This document shows, in pieces, positions 1-10,995 of a stretch of 64,000 nucleotides of DNA. Every line of letters starts with the position of its first letter. Position 1 is the stretch's first letter. The notes beneath the pieces were generated by a model. The model worked only from the letters and a program-made list of their open reading frames with translations. It was not told where the DNA came from and searched no databases. The translations under genes and the position numbers were made by a program. Source of the DNA: an uncultured Solirubrobacterales bacterium (GTDB taxonomy: Bacteria; Actinomycetota; Thermoleophilia; Solirubrobacterales; Solirubrobacteraceae); contig OY968774.1 in NCBI GenBank assembly GCA_963695305.1, positions 1,640,471 to 1,704,470 of the forward strand, written 5' to 3'.

Positions 1-1
1 G

Positions 2-211
2 ATGGTCCGCTGCCACGACGCTCTCTCAGGGGGTGATTTCTCCACCCGCCTGATCCTCACGATTCACGACGAGCTGCTCTTCGAAGCGCCCCCCGAGGAG
101 CGTGAGGCCGCGTGTCTGTTGATCGAGGAGGAGATGTGCTCGGTGTGGACCCACTCCCCGCCGATGGCTGTCGACATTGGCGTTGGCCACAACTGGCTGG
201 AGGCGAAGTGA
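2..211 (+). CDS. polA: DNA polymerase I, C-terminal fragment (gene starts before the window)
   Basis: LTIHDELLFE (motif C) and terminal GxNWLEAK typical of the Pol I C-terminus. Confidence 0.9.
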   Translation: MVRCHDALSGGDFSTRLILTIHDELLFEAPPEEREAACLLIEEEMCSVWTHSPPMAVDIGVGHNWLEAK

Positions 212-651
212 CCCGCGGGCTCGCGGTGGCGCTGGCGGCGGTCGCGGGTGTACTGGTCGGTATGCAGGCGCCGGTGAACTCGCGCCTGGGCAAGAGTGTC
301 GGCAGCGTTCAGGCCGCAACCTTCTCCTTCATCGTGGGCACGATCGGGCTAGCGCTCGTGGCAACGCTCTTCTACGGCGGCCTTGGCGGCTTCGGACATG
401 TCGGCAAAGCGCCTGCCTGGGCATGGATCGGTGGCCTGTTCGGCGCCGTCTACGTCACGGTCGCCATCCTCACGGTGCAAACGCTCGGCGTCTCAGGCCT
501 TACCGTCATCGTCATCTCCGGCCAGCTCGTTGCCGCGGTTGCAATTGACCGCTTCGGTCTGCTCGGCATTACCAAGCAACCAATCGGCGCCTCCCGTATC
601 GTCGGGCTCGTGCTACTGGTCGTCGGGGCGCTGTTGGTGGTGCGCCGCTAA
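208..651 (+). CDS. DMT family transporter (YdcZ-like)
   Basis: GTG start overlaps polA stop; hydrophobic ~147 aa with QAPVNSRLG, WAWIGGLFGA and GQL..A..IDRFG motifs. Confidence 0.85.
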   Translation: MTRGLAVALAAVAGVLVGMQAPVNSRLGKSVGSVQAATFSFIVGTIGLALVATLFYGGLGGFGHVGKAPAWAWIGGLFGAVYVTVAILTVQTLGVSGLTVIVISGQLVAAVAIDRFGLLGITKQPIGASRIVGLVLLVVGALLVVRR

Positions 652-669
652 CGGTGCCTTCACGGGCTG

Positions 670-1281
670 TTAGCCGACGTTGGCGATGGCGCCGTTGGTC
701 TCGGGTACAGCACACACCATGCCCTCGGTGAAGCCCGCCGATCCGATGTCGAGCGCGGCGTTGAAGCGCGCATGAAGGTTCTCGATAGCGATCGCGCTCG
801 TCAGCTCCACTAGCTGGCGCTCGTCGAAATGCTCGCGCAGCGACGCGAACAGCTCGTCTGAGACCTCCACCGGGGTACGCGTGATCGCGACCGAATAGTC
901 GAGTACGAGCTTCTCCAACTCGCTGAACTCGTCACTCTCGCGGTAGTTGGGCAGAGCAAGCAACTGTGCGTCGCGGAGCCCCGACTTGCGCGCCGCCGAG
1001 GAAGCGATGTCGATGCAGTACTCACAGTGGGTCAAGGTGGCCGACTTGACCGTCGCCATGCCCTTCAAGCGCTTGTCGACACCGCTCTGTTTCTCGGCGG
1101 CCCCCACAAACATCCCGTAGCCGATGAGCACGCCGGGGAGGTGACCATAGACTTCCGCCGGTTCGATCGCACGCTCTGTCTGGTTCTCGGCGATGTCGCG
1201 CATGTGCCTTCTCGTCATCGAGTAGATGAACCCCAGCAACGGTTTGCGCCATCCTGCTTTGGCGCCTTCGATACGACTCAT
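670..1281 (-). CDS. Carboxymuconolactone decarboxylase/AhpD family protein
   Basis: CEYCID motif, LTSAIAIENLHARFN; start set at MSRIEG. Confidence 0.85.
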   Translation of the reverse strand: MSRIEGAKAGWRKPLLGFIYSMTRRHMRDIAENQTERAIEPAEVYGHLPGVLIGYGMFVGAAEKQSGVDKRLKGMATVKSATLTHCEYCIDIASSAARKSGLRDAQLLALPNYRESDEFSELEKLVLDYSVAITRTPVEVSDELFASLREHFDERQLVELTSAIAIENLHARFNAALDIGSAGFTEGMVCAVPETNGAIANVG

Positions 1282-1751
1282 GGCGATACCTCCGTTTGTC
1301 GAAGTGACTTGCCCGCGAGCCACACGAGGATCCCCGCGCCAATCGCAAGCGAGATGAAATCTGCCGGGCCCAACCAATGGGGGTGAGCGTCGCCTATGTC
1401 GACTAGGTGGTTGATGGAGTGCAGCACGAACTGCACAGCCACGCAACAGAGCACCGGCGCCCGCCACGACGGTCGCCGGTAGGCGACTGCCAACGCCACC
1501 GCGAACGCCATGTTGAAGGTGGCTGTATCGCGCAGGTAGTGATCGTTGCGCACACCGAACGGCCCAATGTCCTCGAAGAAGGTTCCCGGCGCGAACACCA
1601 TCAGCGCGGCCAGCACGAGGTGGTAGAGGGCGAGTGTCGCCACCCCGAATCGAACGATCGTGTCCGAGTGCGACGACGGTTGCGCGGCCCCGGCGGTTTT
1701 CGATCCTGAACCCGTCGCGGTCGAGGCGGTGTCTATCGGGACGCTTGACAT
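1278..1751 (-). CDS. Hypothetical membrane protein (about 4 TM)
   Basis: Hydrophobic ORF whose stop overlaps the CMD gene start; purine-rich RBS-like sequence upstream of ATG 1751. Confidence 0.75.
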   Translation of the reverse strand: MSSVPIDTASTATGSGSKTAGAAQPSSHSDTIVRFGVATLALYHLVLAALMVFAPGTFFEDIGPFGVRNDHYLRDTATFNMAFAVALAVAYRRPSWRAPVLCCVAVQFVLHSINHLVDIGDAHPHWLGPADFISLAIGAGILVWLAGKSLRQTEVSP

Positions 1752-1771
1752 ACCGCCTACTCTACTCATAG

Positions 1772-1816
1772 GTGGACCCCCAAAAGTGACCACTATGACG
1801 CAAAATATGGGTACCA
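1772..1816. promoter_or_regulatory. Putative MocR/GabR operator (GTGG..CCAC and TGGGTACCA boxes)
   Basis: Imperfect inverted repeats lying between the divergent CMD operon and the MocR gene. Confidence 0.3.
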
Positions 1817-3216
1817 GTATAGGGCCGGAGCTGTTGATCGGCTTGCGCGACAGCGGCACTGGTGAAGGCGGCCGGCGCGCGCAGCTTGAGGATCGCCTGC
1901 GCGAGCTCGTACGGGACGGCACGCTCCCCGACGGGGCACGCCTACCCTCGTCGCGGGCGCTCGCGAGCGATCTGCAGGTGTCGCGCAGGCTCGTCGTCGA
2001 AGCCTACGCGCAGCTACTCGGGGAGGGCTACCTGCGGGCCAAGCCGGGAGGAGGCACATTCGTCGCCGCCGCCGCCGCGATTCGTGAGCCGCCGCCTGAA
2101 TCGCCGGACACGAGGGCGCTGAGTTTCGATTTCTTTCCCGGCGCCCCCGACCTCGCGTCGTTCCCGCGTTCGCTATGGCTGCGAGCGATACGCGACGTCC
2201 TCTCGGGAACGCCCCCGACGGCTTTCGCCTATCCCGATCCGCGCGGTGCGCCTGCTTTGCGTCACGCGCTCGCCGCCTATCTGCGACGTGTGCGCGGCGT
2301 CGTCGCAGACCCCGACTCAGTCGTGGTGTGCTCGGGAGCCACCCAAGGCCTTGCGCTGCTGGGTCGCGTTCTTGCTCGCCGGGGTATGGGCCAAATCGCC
2401 GTCGAGGATCCGAGCTTGCCGCCACACCGCGCCGTGCTCGCGTACGCGGGGCTCGAACTGAGGGGAGTGGCTGTCGACGCTCAAGGAATCGAGGTCAAAG
2501 CGATTGACGCTCCAGCGGTACTCACCACACCCGCGCACCAATGTCCCACGGGCGTCGTCCTATCGCCGTCGCGGCGTGCCGCGCTCGTGGAGTGGGCACG
2601 TGCGGGCGGTCTGGTGATCGAGGATGACTACGACGCCGAGTTCCGCTACGACAGGGCGCCGCTCGGGGCGCTGCAAGGACTCGCGCCTGAGCACGTTGTC
2701 TACCTCGGGACAGTCTCGAAGACGCTCGCGCCAGGACTGCGACTCGGCTGGCTCGTCCTTCCCTCATGGCTGCTCGGTCCTGTGATCGAGGCTAAGACGC
2801 TCGACGACCTCGGCTCACCGACGCTTGAGCAGCTCGCGTTGGCCCGACTGATCGACACGGCTTCATACGATCGCCATCTGCGCAAGGCTCGTCGTCGCAA
2901 CCGCGATCGCAGGGACGCGCTGATCGCGGCGGTCGCTCGCCATCTCCCAGGTGCGGAGGTCGGTGGCGTCTCCGCCGGCCTGCACGCGCTGGTGCGTTTT
3001 CCCACCCCGTTTGACTCTCAACAACTTCTTGAGCGGGCGATGGAGCGTTCTGTCGGCGTCTATCCACTCGCCACACACATGATCAGCCCCCAAAGCGATA
3101 CAGACGCGCTGATACTTGGCTACGCCGGGCTCAGCGAGCCCGCGATCGAGGAGGGCATCCGTAGGTTGGGCGAGGTTCTGTCGAACGAGAGGAGCAGCAA
3201 TGGCAAGTCACGTTGA
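1795..3216 (+). CDS. GntR/MocR family regulator with PLP-dependent aminotransferase domain
   Basis: N-terminal wHTH (LPSSRALASDLQVSR), IEDDYDAEFRY, GTVSKTLAPGLRLGW. Confidence 0.92.
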   Translation: MTQNMGTSIGPELLIGLRDSGTGEGGRRAQLEDRLRELVRDGTLPDGARLPSSRALASDLQVSRRLVVEAYAQLLGEGYLRAKPGGGTFVAAAAAIREPPPESPDTRALSFDFFPGAPDLASFPRSLWLRAIRDVLSGTPPTAFAYPDPRGAPALRHALAAYLRRVRGVVADPDSVVVCSGATQGLALLGRVLARRGMGQIAVEDPSLPPHRAVLAYAGLELRGVAVDAQGIEVKAIDAPAVLTTPAHQCPTGVVLSPSRRAALVEWARAGGLVIEDDYDAEFRYDRAPLGALQGLAPEHVVYLGTVSKTLAPGLRLGWLVLPSWLLGPVIEAKTLDDLGSPTLEQLALARLIDTASYDRHLRKARRRNRDRRDALIAAVARHLPGAEVGGVSAGLHALVRFPTPFDSQQLLERAMERSVGVYPLATHMISPQSDTDALILGYAGLSEPAIEEGIRRLGEVLSNERSSNGKSR

Positions 3217-3733
3217 AGGATCGAAGGCTCGTGCGAGCGCGCGTCCAATACCGGGACGACGCCCGCCCGGGGCCCTCTTTGGAGCTCGCTTTGCCGCGCG
3301 AACCGCCCCCGCTGGGTTGCGCTCGATAGCTGAGGTCCCGCGGACCGGCACCATCGATGAGCTGTGCGCGCACAAGCGCACGCTGTTGGCTACGTTCCGC
3401 CGCAGCGGGGTCGCGGTCGCCACGCCGGTGTGGGCGGCTGAGGCCGATGGTCACTTCTACGTCCGCAGCGAGCGCACAGCCGGCAAGCTCAAGCGCCTGC
3501 GCAACGATTCGCGCGTGCTCGTGGCGCCATGCACCGTACGCGGCAAGCCACTAGGAGCGCCGCTGGAGGCGACGGCCTCGGTGGTCCCACCCGAGCGCGA
3601 GCACGTCGCCGAGCAGGCGCTGGTCAGCCGCTACGGGCTCGGTCGCGCGCTCTTTGAGTGGACATTCGACCGCATGCGCATCGACATGTGCTACCTGGAG
3701 ATCGTTCCGGGGAGCTGGGACGAGCGCGAGTAG
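3200..3733 (+). CDS. PPOX-class F420-dependent oxidoreductase
   Basis: LATFRRSGVAVATPVW, GKLKRLRND..V..APCTVRG motifs. Confidence 0.85.
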   Translation: MASHVEGSKARASARPIPGRRPPGALFGARFAARTAPAGLRSIAEVPRTGTIDELCAHKRTLLATFRRSGVAVATPVWAAEADGHFYVRSERTAGKLKRLRNDSRVLVAPCTVRGKPLGAPLEATASVVPPEREHVAEQALVSRYGLGRALFEWTFDRMRIDMCYLEIVPGSWDERE

Positions 3734-3734
3734 C

Positions 3735-4883
3735 TCAGACCGGGGTCGGCACAGATGCCGGCCTCCCTGCACGCGATGGCCCCGCGTCCACGAACGATGG
3801 CGGAGCGATGTCGAGATAGTGGTTAAACGCCCATGCGCAGAACCGCTCGTTTGCCATCGTGCGCGTCATCACTGTGATCGCACGGCTCGGCGTCAAGCGC
3901 CCCACGGCGCGCTGGGTATTCAACAGCCAGCGAAACTTGCGCTCGTGTGTGTCCGAGAAGGCGCCGTAACGGCTCAAGGCCTGCTCGCGGGTCGAGTGGC
4001 CGGCGAGCACGGGCCTCAGCTCGCGCGCGCACGCCAAGCCGAAGTAGAGGGCCGTGCGGATGCCCTCCGCCGTAAGAGGCAGACAGTGCCCGGCGGAGTC
4101 GCCCGCGAAGAACACACCGTCCTCGACAGCCGCTCGCAACTGGTGGGGGATCCAATTGCCCTGATACCCCTCCGGTGGCAGCCCCAAATCGCCCGCCAAT
4201 CTCACCGTCGGCTCCTTCACGTGGTGCGACGGCCAGAACGAGCCCACGCCTACGCGCAACTCGTCGCCGGCTGGGAAGTTCCACGCATACCCGGCCCGCA
4301 CGTACTTCGGGTCGATCCATAGCTCAAGCTCCTCCCCTGCACCGTGCGGATGCACCTCAAGGCCCCGCGAGAGACGCGCGTTCGGCGGTTGGATCGCCGG
4401 CGCGTTGGAAAGCACCCTCCGCCAACCCAGTGCATCCACGATCAACGGCGCCGTCAGGTCCCCTCGATCTGTGTGCACGGTGTTTCCAGTCCGCCCGCTC
4501 ACCATCGCCGTCTCGAACTCCGCCTCATTTGGGTCGGCCTGGCTCCACAGCAGCGCGCACAGCTCGCGGTAATCGAAGGTCGAGAAGCTCCATGGCAGCT
4601 TCCATCGTGCCGTGGTCCACGGCGTGCGTACCACAAGCTCGTCGAAGGTCTGCCTCAGTGAGCCTCCCAGGTCGAGCGCGTCCAACCACGTCGTGGGGAT
4701 GCCGCACGCTGAGGTCTGACGCTCGCCGATCTCATAGCGGTCGATCACGATCACTCGTGCGCCTGTACCTGCCAGCTCGCGCGCTACAGCCAACCCGGCG
4801 AAGGAAGCGCCACACACCAACACGTCGCAGTCGCGCTGCAGCGGCGTGCGCTCCGCTCCGCGCTTCGTGGCTCTTACAGGCAT
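3735..4883 (-). CDS. FAD-dependent oxidoreductase (geranylgeranyl reductase-like)
   Basis: DVLVCGASFAG Rossmann motif, GYAWNFP, GDSAGHCLPLTAEGI. Confidence 0.85.
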   Translation of the reverse strand: MPVRATKRGAERTPLQRDCDVLVCGASFAGLAVARELAGTGARVIVIDRYEIGERQTSACGIPTTWLDALDLGGSLRQTFDELVVRTPWTTARWKLPWSFSTFDYRELCALLWSQADPNEAEFETAMVSGRTGNTVHTDRGDLTAPLIVDALGWRRVLSNAPAIQPPNARLSRGLEVHPHGAGEELELWIDPKYVRAGYAWNFPAGDELRVGVGSFWPSHHVKEPTVRLAGDLGLPPEGYQGNWIPHQLRAAVEDGVFFAGDSAGHCLPLTAEGIRTALYFGLACARELRPVLAGHSTREQALSRYGAFSDTHERKFRWLLNTQRAVGRLTPSRAITVMTRTMANERFCAWAFNHYLDIAPPSFVDAGPSRAGRPASVPTPV

Positions 4884-5013
4884 GCACTCGCAATGATAGG
4901 CGGGGTCGGCTCGCCCTCGCCAGGTGGCTTGGATACCGCTCGTCGTGGCAACTCCCACGACCCTCCGCGAGGCTCGCATCGTCCGGCGATGCCCCTGCGC
5001 TAGGCTTCGACCG

Positions 5014-6561
5014 GTGCAAACACTCATCGAGAATCCCCTGGCCCACGTGGTCGAGGGGTCCAACGGACTCCTGCTTGAAATCGACGGGCAGATAGTCCCC
5101 AACTACGACGCCACGATGCAGCCCTTCGAGGAGGGCGAGGTCGTCACCGGCAACGTCGTACGCATCGACAAGGACGAGGTCCTCGTCGACATCGGTTACA
5201 AGTCTGAGGGGGTCATCCCCGCCAACGAGCTCTCCATCCGCAAGTCGGTGGATCCGCGTGAGGAGGTGTCGCTCGGCGAGGAGGTCGACGCGATGGTCCT
5301 CACCAAGGAGGACCAGGACGGGCGTCTCATCATGTCCAAGAAGCGCGCCCGCTTCGAGAAGGCGTGGCGTCGCATCGAGGCAGCCGCCGAGTCCGGCGAG
5401 CCGGTCATGGGCTCCGTCATTGAGGTAGTCAAGGGCGGGCTCATCATCGACCTCGGGGTACGCGGCTTCCTGCCTGCCTCGCTTGTCGACATCCGTCGCG
5501 TCCCCAACCTCGACGAGTACCTCGGCACGCAGATCGAGACGAAGGTCATCGAGCTCAATCGCTCCCGCAACAACGTGGTGCTCTCGCGTCGCGCGGTGCT
5601 TGAGGAGGAGCGCAAGGAGGTCCGTCAGCAGATCCTCGACCGCCTCCAGCCGGGGCTTGTCGTAGAGGGCCAGATCTCCAACATCGTGGACTTCGGAGCA
5701 TTCGTCGACCTTGATGGCATCGACGGCCTTATCCACATCTCAGAGCTTTCCTGGTCGCACGTCAACCACCCCTCGGAGATCCTCAACATCGGCGACACCG
5801 TCCAGGTCAAGGTGCTTGACATCGACCGCGACCGCCAACGTATCTCGCTGGGGCTCAAGCAGACCCAGGAAGACCCCTGGCAGCGCATCATGGACACCTA
5901 CAACGTCAATGACGAGCTCGCCGGCAAGGTCACGAAGGTCGTCACCTTCGGCGCCTTTGTCGAGGTGCTCGACGGCGTCGAGGGCCTTGTCCACATTTCA
6001 GAGCTGGCCGGCCACCACGTCGAGTCGCCGCGCGAGATCGTCCATCCGGGTGACGAGATCCGCGTGAAGATCCTTGAGATTGACTCCGATCGCCGTCGCC
6101 TGTCTCTGTCCGCAAAGCGTGTCGAGGATCAGATCCTGCCGCTCCCGCGGGCTGAATCGGCGGTTGCCGAGCCCGCCGTCGAGGAAGCCGGCGCGGAGGG
6201 GGCCGCCGAGCCGACCGCCGCTGTGGTCGAGGGTGAGGAGGCTGCCACTGAGCCCGTCGGCGAGGTTGCCGAGCAGGCTGTCACAGAGGAGCCCGCCGCC
6301 GAGGTGACGATTGAGGCGCCTGTGCCCGAGGAGCCGGCCGCTGAGGCGACAATCGAGGCGCCTGCGCCCGAGGAGCCGGCCGCCGAGGAGCTCGCATCAG
6401 AGGAGCCCACGGCTGAGGCCGCTGTCGAGGTCCCCGCTGCTGAGGAGCCTGCCGCTGAGGCGCCGGTCGAGGAGACCGTTGCGCAGGAGGCTCCCGTTGA
6501 GGAGCCGCCGGCCGAAGAGTCTCCCGACGAGCAGCCGGCGGGCGATCAATCCCAAGACTGA
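5014..6561 (+). CDS. rpsA: 30S ribosomal protein S1 (four S1 domains plus acidic Glu/Pro/Ala tail)
   Basis: Repeated S1 motifs (DIGYKSEG, DLGVRGFLPAS, DFGAFVDL, FGAFVEV); start GTG 5014 follows TAGGCT. Confidence 0.96.
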   Translation: MQTLIENPLAHVVEGSNGLLLEIDGQIVPNYDATMQPFEEGEVVTGNVVRIDKDEVLVDIGYKSEGVIPANELSIRKSVDPREEVSLGEEVDAMVLTKEDQDGRLIMSKKRARFEKAWRRIEAAAESGEPVMGSVIEVVKGGLIIDLGVRGFLPASLVDIRRVPNLDEYLGTQIETKVIELNRSRNNVVLSRRAVLEEERKEVRQQILDRLQPGLVVEGQISNIVDFGAFVDLDGIDGLIHISELSWSHVNHPSEILNIGDTVQVKVLDIDRDRQRISLGLKQTQEDPWQRIMDTYNVNDELAGKVTKVVTFGAFVEVLDGVEGLVHISELAGHHVESPREIVHPGDEIRVKILEIDSDRRRLSLSAKRVEDQILPLPRAESAVAEPAVEEAGAEGAAEPTAAVVEGEEAATEPVGEVAEQAVTEEPAAEVTIEAPVPEEPAAEATIEAPAPEEPAAEELASEEPTAEAAVEVPAAEEPAAEAPVEETVAQEAPVEEPPAEESPDEQPAGDQSQD

Positions 6562-6580
6562 CGAGCGCGGGTAAACGCCG

Positions 6581-7171
6581 GTGGTGCCTTTCGTCGGGCT
6601 CACCGGCGGCATGGGGGCGGGCAAGTCAACCGCCCTGCGGGAGCTTGGGGCGCTGGGCGCTCAGACGCTCTCCACCGATGCTGTCGTGCACGAGCTTTAC
6701 AGCGATGAGCGGGTACGCGAGGCTGTGGTCGAGCGCTGGGGGGGTGACGTCGCCCCTGGCGGTGTGGTCGACAGGGCCGCGGTCGCGGCTAGGGCTTTCT
6801 CCGGCGGCGATGATGAGCGGCGGTGGCTGGAGAGCCTGCTTTGGCCCCTGGTTGGTGCTCGTATCGCTGGTTGGCTTGAGCATGTGCGGGCGCTCACGCC
6901 TGCGCCACGCGCGGCCGTAGTCGAGGTTCCGCTGCTGTTCGAGGCCGGCATGGACCGAGGCTTCGACGCCACCATCGCCATAGTCGCCGATGAGGACACC
7001 CGCCGGGAGCGTGCCGCCGGACGCGGCCACGCGCTCGCCGACGAGCGTGCCGCCCGCCAGCTCTCCCAAGAGGAGAAGGCCCAACGTGCGACATATGTCG
7101 TCCACAACGATGGCACCGTGGCCGAGATGCGGCGCGAGCTAGCCGACATCCTTGCCAAGCTGTCTGGGTGA
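6581..7171 (+). CDS. coaE: Dephospho-CoA kinase
   Basis: VGLTGGMGAGKST P-loop, VEVPLLFE. Confidence 0.95.
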   Translation: MVPFVGLTGGMGAGKSTALRELGALGAQTLSTDAVVHELYSDERVREAVVERWGGDVAPGGVVDRAAVAARAFSGGDDERRWLESLLWPLVGARIAGWLEHVRALTPAPRAAVVEVPLLFEAGMDRGFDATIAIVADEDTRRERAAGRGHALADERAARQLSQEEKAQRATYVVHNDGTVAEMRRELADILAKLSG

Positions 7172-7228
7172 GCTACATCCGCATAAGGCCATCCCCCCGG
7201 TCGGGGGCATGGGGTTTGGGGTAGGAAG

Positions 7229-7876
7229 ATGAACTACACGCGCTATTCAAGTGCGCCGCGCGCACGGGGGAGCCGTCGATCGCGGTCGTCCGTGAGCAGC
7301 GGCGGCGGCATACTGCGAGCGCTAGGCGCGGTTGCTGTGATCTTGGCACTCGTGATTGTGGTTGCGACACGCGTGCAACACGGCTCGGGTGGCAGCGGGC
7401 TACCGCTCGCCGACGCGGCGGTGATCCGCGAACAGGCCGCCGCAAAGCACCTAGACGCTGCGTTGATTGCGGGTGTGATCTACGCCGAGACGAAGTTCGA
7501 ACCACGTACCTCCTCGGCGGGTGCGCTTGGCTTGATGCAGATCGAGCCCTCCACGGCCGAATACATCGCTCATCTCTCGGGTGGCATCCGTTTCACGACC
7601 GACGATCTAGCCACGCCGAGGATCAATGTGGCCTACGGCAGCTGGTATCTGCGCTACCTGCTCAACCACTACGGCGGCGATGAGATGCTCGCGGTGGCTG
7701 CATACAACGGCGGGCTCGCCAACGTGGACCGCTGGGTTGCCAAGGCACGCTCGGAAGGCGGGGCGCTGAACGTCGCCGACATCCCATTCCCCGAGACCCG
7801 GGCGTACGTGCGGCGGGTGTTGAAAGCGCAGCGGGAGTATCGCTCCGCCTATCCGCGTGAGCTCGGGCTAACGTAG
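7229..7876 (+). CDS. Lytic transglycosylase (SLT domain)
   Basis: [34 protein letters not shown]; N-terminal TM. Confidence 0.92.
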   Translation: MNYTRYSSAPRARGSRRSRSSVSSGGGILRALGAVAVILALVIVVATRVQHGSGGSGLPLADAAVIREQAAAKHLDAALIAGVIYAETKFEPRTSSAGALGLMQIEPSTAEYIAHLSGGIRFTTDDLATPRINVAYGSWYLRYLLNHYGGDEMLAVAAYNGGLANVDRWVAKARSEGGALNVADIPFPETRAYVRRVLKAQREYRSAYPRELGLT

Positions 7877-7883
7877 GACGGCG

Positions 7884-9902
7884 ATGCCACCGTTCAAGCT
7901 CGACAGCGCCTTCACCCCCACCGCCGACCAGCCAAAGGCGATCGCCGCGCTGGCTGAGGGCATCGGCGAGGGAGAGCGCTTTCAGACGCTCTTGGGCGCC
8001 ACCGGCACGGGCAAGACCATGACCATGGCCGCGACGATCGAGGCGGTGCAGAAGCCCACCCTGGTGATTGCCCACAACAAGACGCTGGCCGCCCAACTCT
8101 GCAACGAGTTCCGCACATTTTTTCCAGAGAACGCGGTCGAGTATTTCGTGAGTTACTACGACTACTACCAACCTGAGGCCTACGTCCCATCCCGTGACCT
8201 CTACATCGAGAAGGACTCGGCGATAAACGCCGAGGTCGACCGTCTTCGACACGCTGCGACGGCGGCGGTTTTCGCCCGCCGCGACGTGATAGTCGTGGCC
8301 TCCGTTTCTTGTATCTACGGCCTCGGATCGCCCGAGACTTACGAGATGAACATGCAGATCCTGCGTCGCGGCGAAGAGATCGACCGTGAGGCGTTGTTGC
8401 GCAAGCTTGTCTATATCCAGTACACCCGCAACGACTCGGTGCTCGCCCGTGGAAGCTTCCGCGTTAAGGGGGAGACGTTGGAGGTCTTCCCGGCGTACGC
8501 TGAGACCGCGTTCCGGGCGACGCTGTTTGGTGACGAAGTGGAGCGTTTGCAGCATTTCGACCCGCTCACTGGCGAGCTGATCGCCGACGATCTCGAGCAC
8601 GTGGCGATCTGGCCGGCTACTCACTACAACGTCAAGGAGGGCACGATCGAGGACGGCGTGGCGGCGATCGGGAGGGAACTGAATGAGCGTTGCGAGCAGC
8701 TGGAGGCCGACGGCAAGCAGCTGGAGTCTCATCGGTTGCGCCAACGCACCCAGTACGACATGGAGATGCTGCGCGAGATGGGGTTCTGCTCGGGCATCGA
8801 GAACTACTCGCGCATCCTCGACGGGCGTAAGCCGGGCGAGCGGCCGTACTGCCTGATCGATTACTTCCCCGAGGATTTCGTGTGCTTCATCGACGAGTCA
8901 CACCAAACTGTGCCCCAGATCGGGGGGATGTTCGAGGGGGATCGTTCGCGCAAGCGCACGCTCGTGGATTACGGCTTCAGGTTGCCCTCGGCGCTCGACA
9001 ATCGCCCGCAGACCTTTGAGGAGTTCCTCTCGATCACTCCCCAACTCGTGTTCCTGTCGGCGACTCCTGGAGAGTACGAGCGCACACGCTCGACGCGGAT
9101 CGTGGAGCAGATCGTACGTCCTACCGGCATCGTCGATCCCGAGGTGGAGGTGCGGGAGACCAAGAATCAGATCGACGATCTCATGAACGAGATCCGCAAG
9201 CGGGTGGACGTGGACGAGCGCGTGTTGGTGACGACGCTCACAAAGAAGATGAGTGAGGACCTCTCGCAGTACCTGATCGAGATGGGCTTCAAGGTGCGCT
9301 ACCTGCACTCGGAGATCGATACCTTGGAGCGCATCCAGATCATCCGAGACCTGCGTCTGGGGGAGTACGACGTGCTGGTTGGGGTGAATCTGCTGCGTGA
9401 GGGGCTTGACCTGCCCGAGGTGTCGTTGGTGGCGATCCTCGACGCCGACAAGGAGGGGTTCCTGCGTGGCGAGACGTCCTTGATCCAAACCATTGGACGC
9501 GCCGCTCGCAACATCAAGGGAACGGTGTTGATGTACGCCGACAAGGAGACGAAGGCGATGAAGGCGGCGATTGAGGAGACCGACCGCAGGCGCGAAATCC
9601 AACTCGCCTACAACGAGGAGCACGGCATCACCGCCGCGACTATCGTGAAGGGGATCTCCGATATCGCGGAGTTCCTGCAAGCCGAGTCGAAGGTGCCGAA
9701 GGGTAGGCGTAGGCGCTCCACGCGGGACAAGGCGAAGGAGATGCCCCAGCACGAGCTTGAGCGGATGGTGGTGGAGCTTGAGGAGGAGATGATTGCCGCC
9801 GCCGACGATTTGCGCTTCGAGTACGCGGCCCAGTTGCGCGACGAGATCCGCGAGTTGCGGCGCGAGCTGCGCGACGTGCAGTCCTCGGAGGCGCCTGCCT
9901 GA
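7884..9902 (+). CDS. uvrB: Excinuclease ABC subunit B
   Basis: [25 protein letters not shown]-terminal UVR domain. Confidence 0.98.
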   Translation: MPPFKLDSAFTPTADQPKAIAALAEGIGEGERFQTLLGATGTGKTMTMAATIEAVQKPTLVIAHNKTLAAQLCNEFRTFFPENAVEYFVSYYDYYQPEAYVPSRDLYIEKDSAINAEVDRLRHAATAAVFARRDVIVVASVSCIYGLGSPETYEMNMQILRRGEEIDREALLRKLVYIQYTRNDSVLARGSFRVKGETLEVFPAYAETAFRATLFGDEVERLQHFDPLTGELIADDLEHVAIWPATHYNVKEGTIEDGVAAIGRELNERCEQLEADGKQLESHRLRQRTQYDMEMLREMGFCSGIENYSRILDGRKPGERPYCLIDYFPEDFVCFIDESHQTVPQIGGMFEGDRSRKRTLVDYGFRLPSALDNRPQTFEEFLSITPQLVFLSATPGEYERTRSTRIVEQIVRPTGIVDPEVEVRETKNQIDDLMNEIRKRVDVDERVLVTTLTKKMSEDLSQYLIEMGFKVRYLHSEIDTLERIQIIRDLRLGEYDVLVGVNLLREGLDLPEVSLVAILDADKEGFLRGETSLIQTIGRAARNIKGTVLMYADKETKAMKAAIEETDRRREIQLAYNEEHGITAATIVKGISDIAEFLQAESKVPKGRRRRSTRDKAKEMPQHELERMVVELEEEMIAAADDLRFEYAAQLRDEIRELRRELRDVQSSEAPA

Positions 9903-9946
9903 GGGGTCTGGCGAGTGCATCCCCACCGTGACATAGGATGGGCCGC

Positions 9947-10843
9947 ATGGAGCTTGACCGTCAGGGAATAGAGCGACGCGATTTCCCGATCGCTCGCCGC
10001 GGATATGACCCGGCGAGCGTCGATGCGCACCTGCGGGCGATAGCCGCGGAGGTGGAGGAGTTGCGCCGCGAGCTGGGTAGTCGCGGGCGCGATTCGCTGG
10101 CGGCGACTGCGGGGACGCAGGTGCAGGGGATCCTTGAGGCGGCACAAGCCACGGCGGAGACGATCGAGCGCGACGCGGCCGAGCAGGCCCACCAGGTACG
10201 CACGGCGGCGGACGTGGACGCCAAGCGCACGCGTGAGCAGGCGGTTGCGCGCGCGCAACAGCATGTGGCGGCGGTGTCACAGGCGACGGAGGCGCTACAG
10301 GCGCGCGTGGGGTCGATTGATAGCGAGACGCGGACGCTCGTAGACAGTTTGCGCAGCGGGGCGGGGCGCCTCGCGGGCGATCTCGCGGCGGTTGAGGGGG
10401 AGATGGAGGCGCTGTATGACGGGGCAGCCGGCCGTGGCGGTGGGAGCGCGGGCGCAAGTGCGTCGCCTTCTGGCGACGTGGCCTACGTACCGGTCGCGGC
10501 GCCGGAGCCAGAAGTGCACGACGAGCCGTTCGTCGAGGCTTTCAGCGAGACAGCCGGCGGCATGCAGGGTGACCCTTACGACGAGTTGGACAGTCCCGCG
10601 CACGCTGAAGTCTCCGCCGATGCGCCAGGCGAGTATGCCAATGAGGATGAGCCCCCGTTCCCCGAGGAGCGGCACACTGGCTCTCCCGCCTCCGGTGACC
10701 TCGACGGCGCCCGCCTCGTAGCGCTCAACATGGCCCTCAACGGCGACTCCCGAGAGGAGACCGGGCGCTATCTGACCGAGAACTTCGAGGTGCCAGACCC
10801 CGACAGGCTGCTTGACGAGGTTTACGCGGCGATCGAAGGGTAG
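9947..10843 (+). CDS. DivIVA domain-containing protein
   Basis: N-terminal F..ARRGYDPASVDAHL DivIVA motif followed by coiled coil. Confidence 0.8.
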   Translation: MELDRQGIERRDFPIARRGYDPASVDAHLRAIAAEVEELRRELGSRGRDSLAATAGTQVQGILEAAQATAETIERDAAEQAHQVRTAADVDAKRTREQAVARAQQHVAAVSQATEALQARVGSIDSETRTLVDSLRSGAGRLAGDLAAVEGEMEALYDGAAGRGGGSAGASASPSGDVAYVPVAAPEPEVHDEPFVEAFSETAGGMQGDPYDELDSPAHAEVSADAPGEYANEDEPPFPEERHTGSPASGDLDGARLVALNMALNGDSREETGRYLTENFEVPDPDRLLDEVYAAIEG

Positions 10844-10995
10844 TAGCGCCGAGTTCCGTCGCGCTCGCTGGGTATCGTGCAGACAATGCTCTGCACAAAT
10901 ATCAACGCTATGCCTTATGGAATGTCGGGCGTGTCGGTCGAGACCGTCGGATCTGGGACGTCGGCTGGGTGCGTAGACGGCGTTAGAATCGCCCT

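Noticed and set aside
4732-10457. Long antisense ORFs (4732-5736, 7662-8744, 8898-10457)
   Set aside because: Shadow frames of rpsA and uvrB typical of high-GC DNA; no recognisable motifs.
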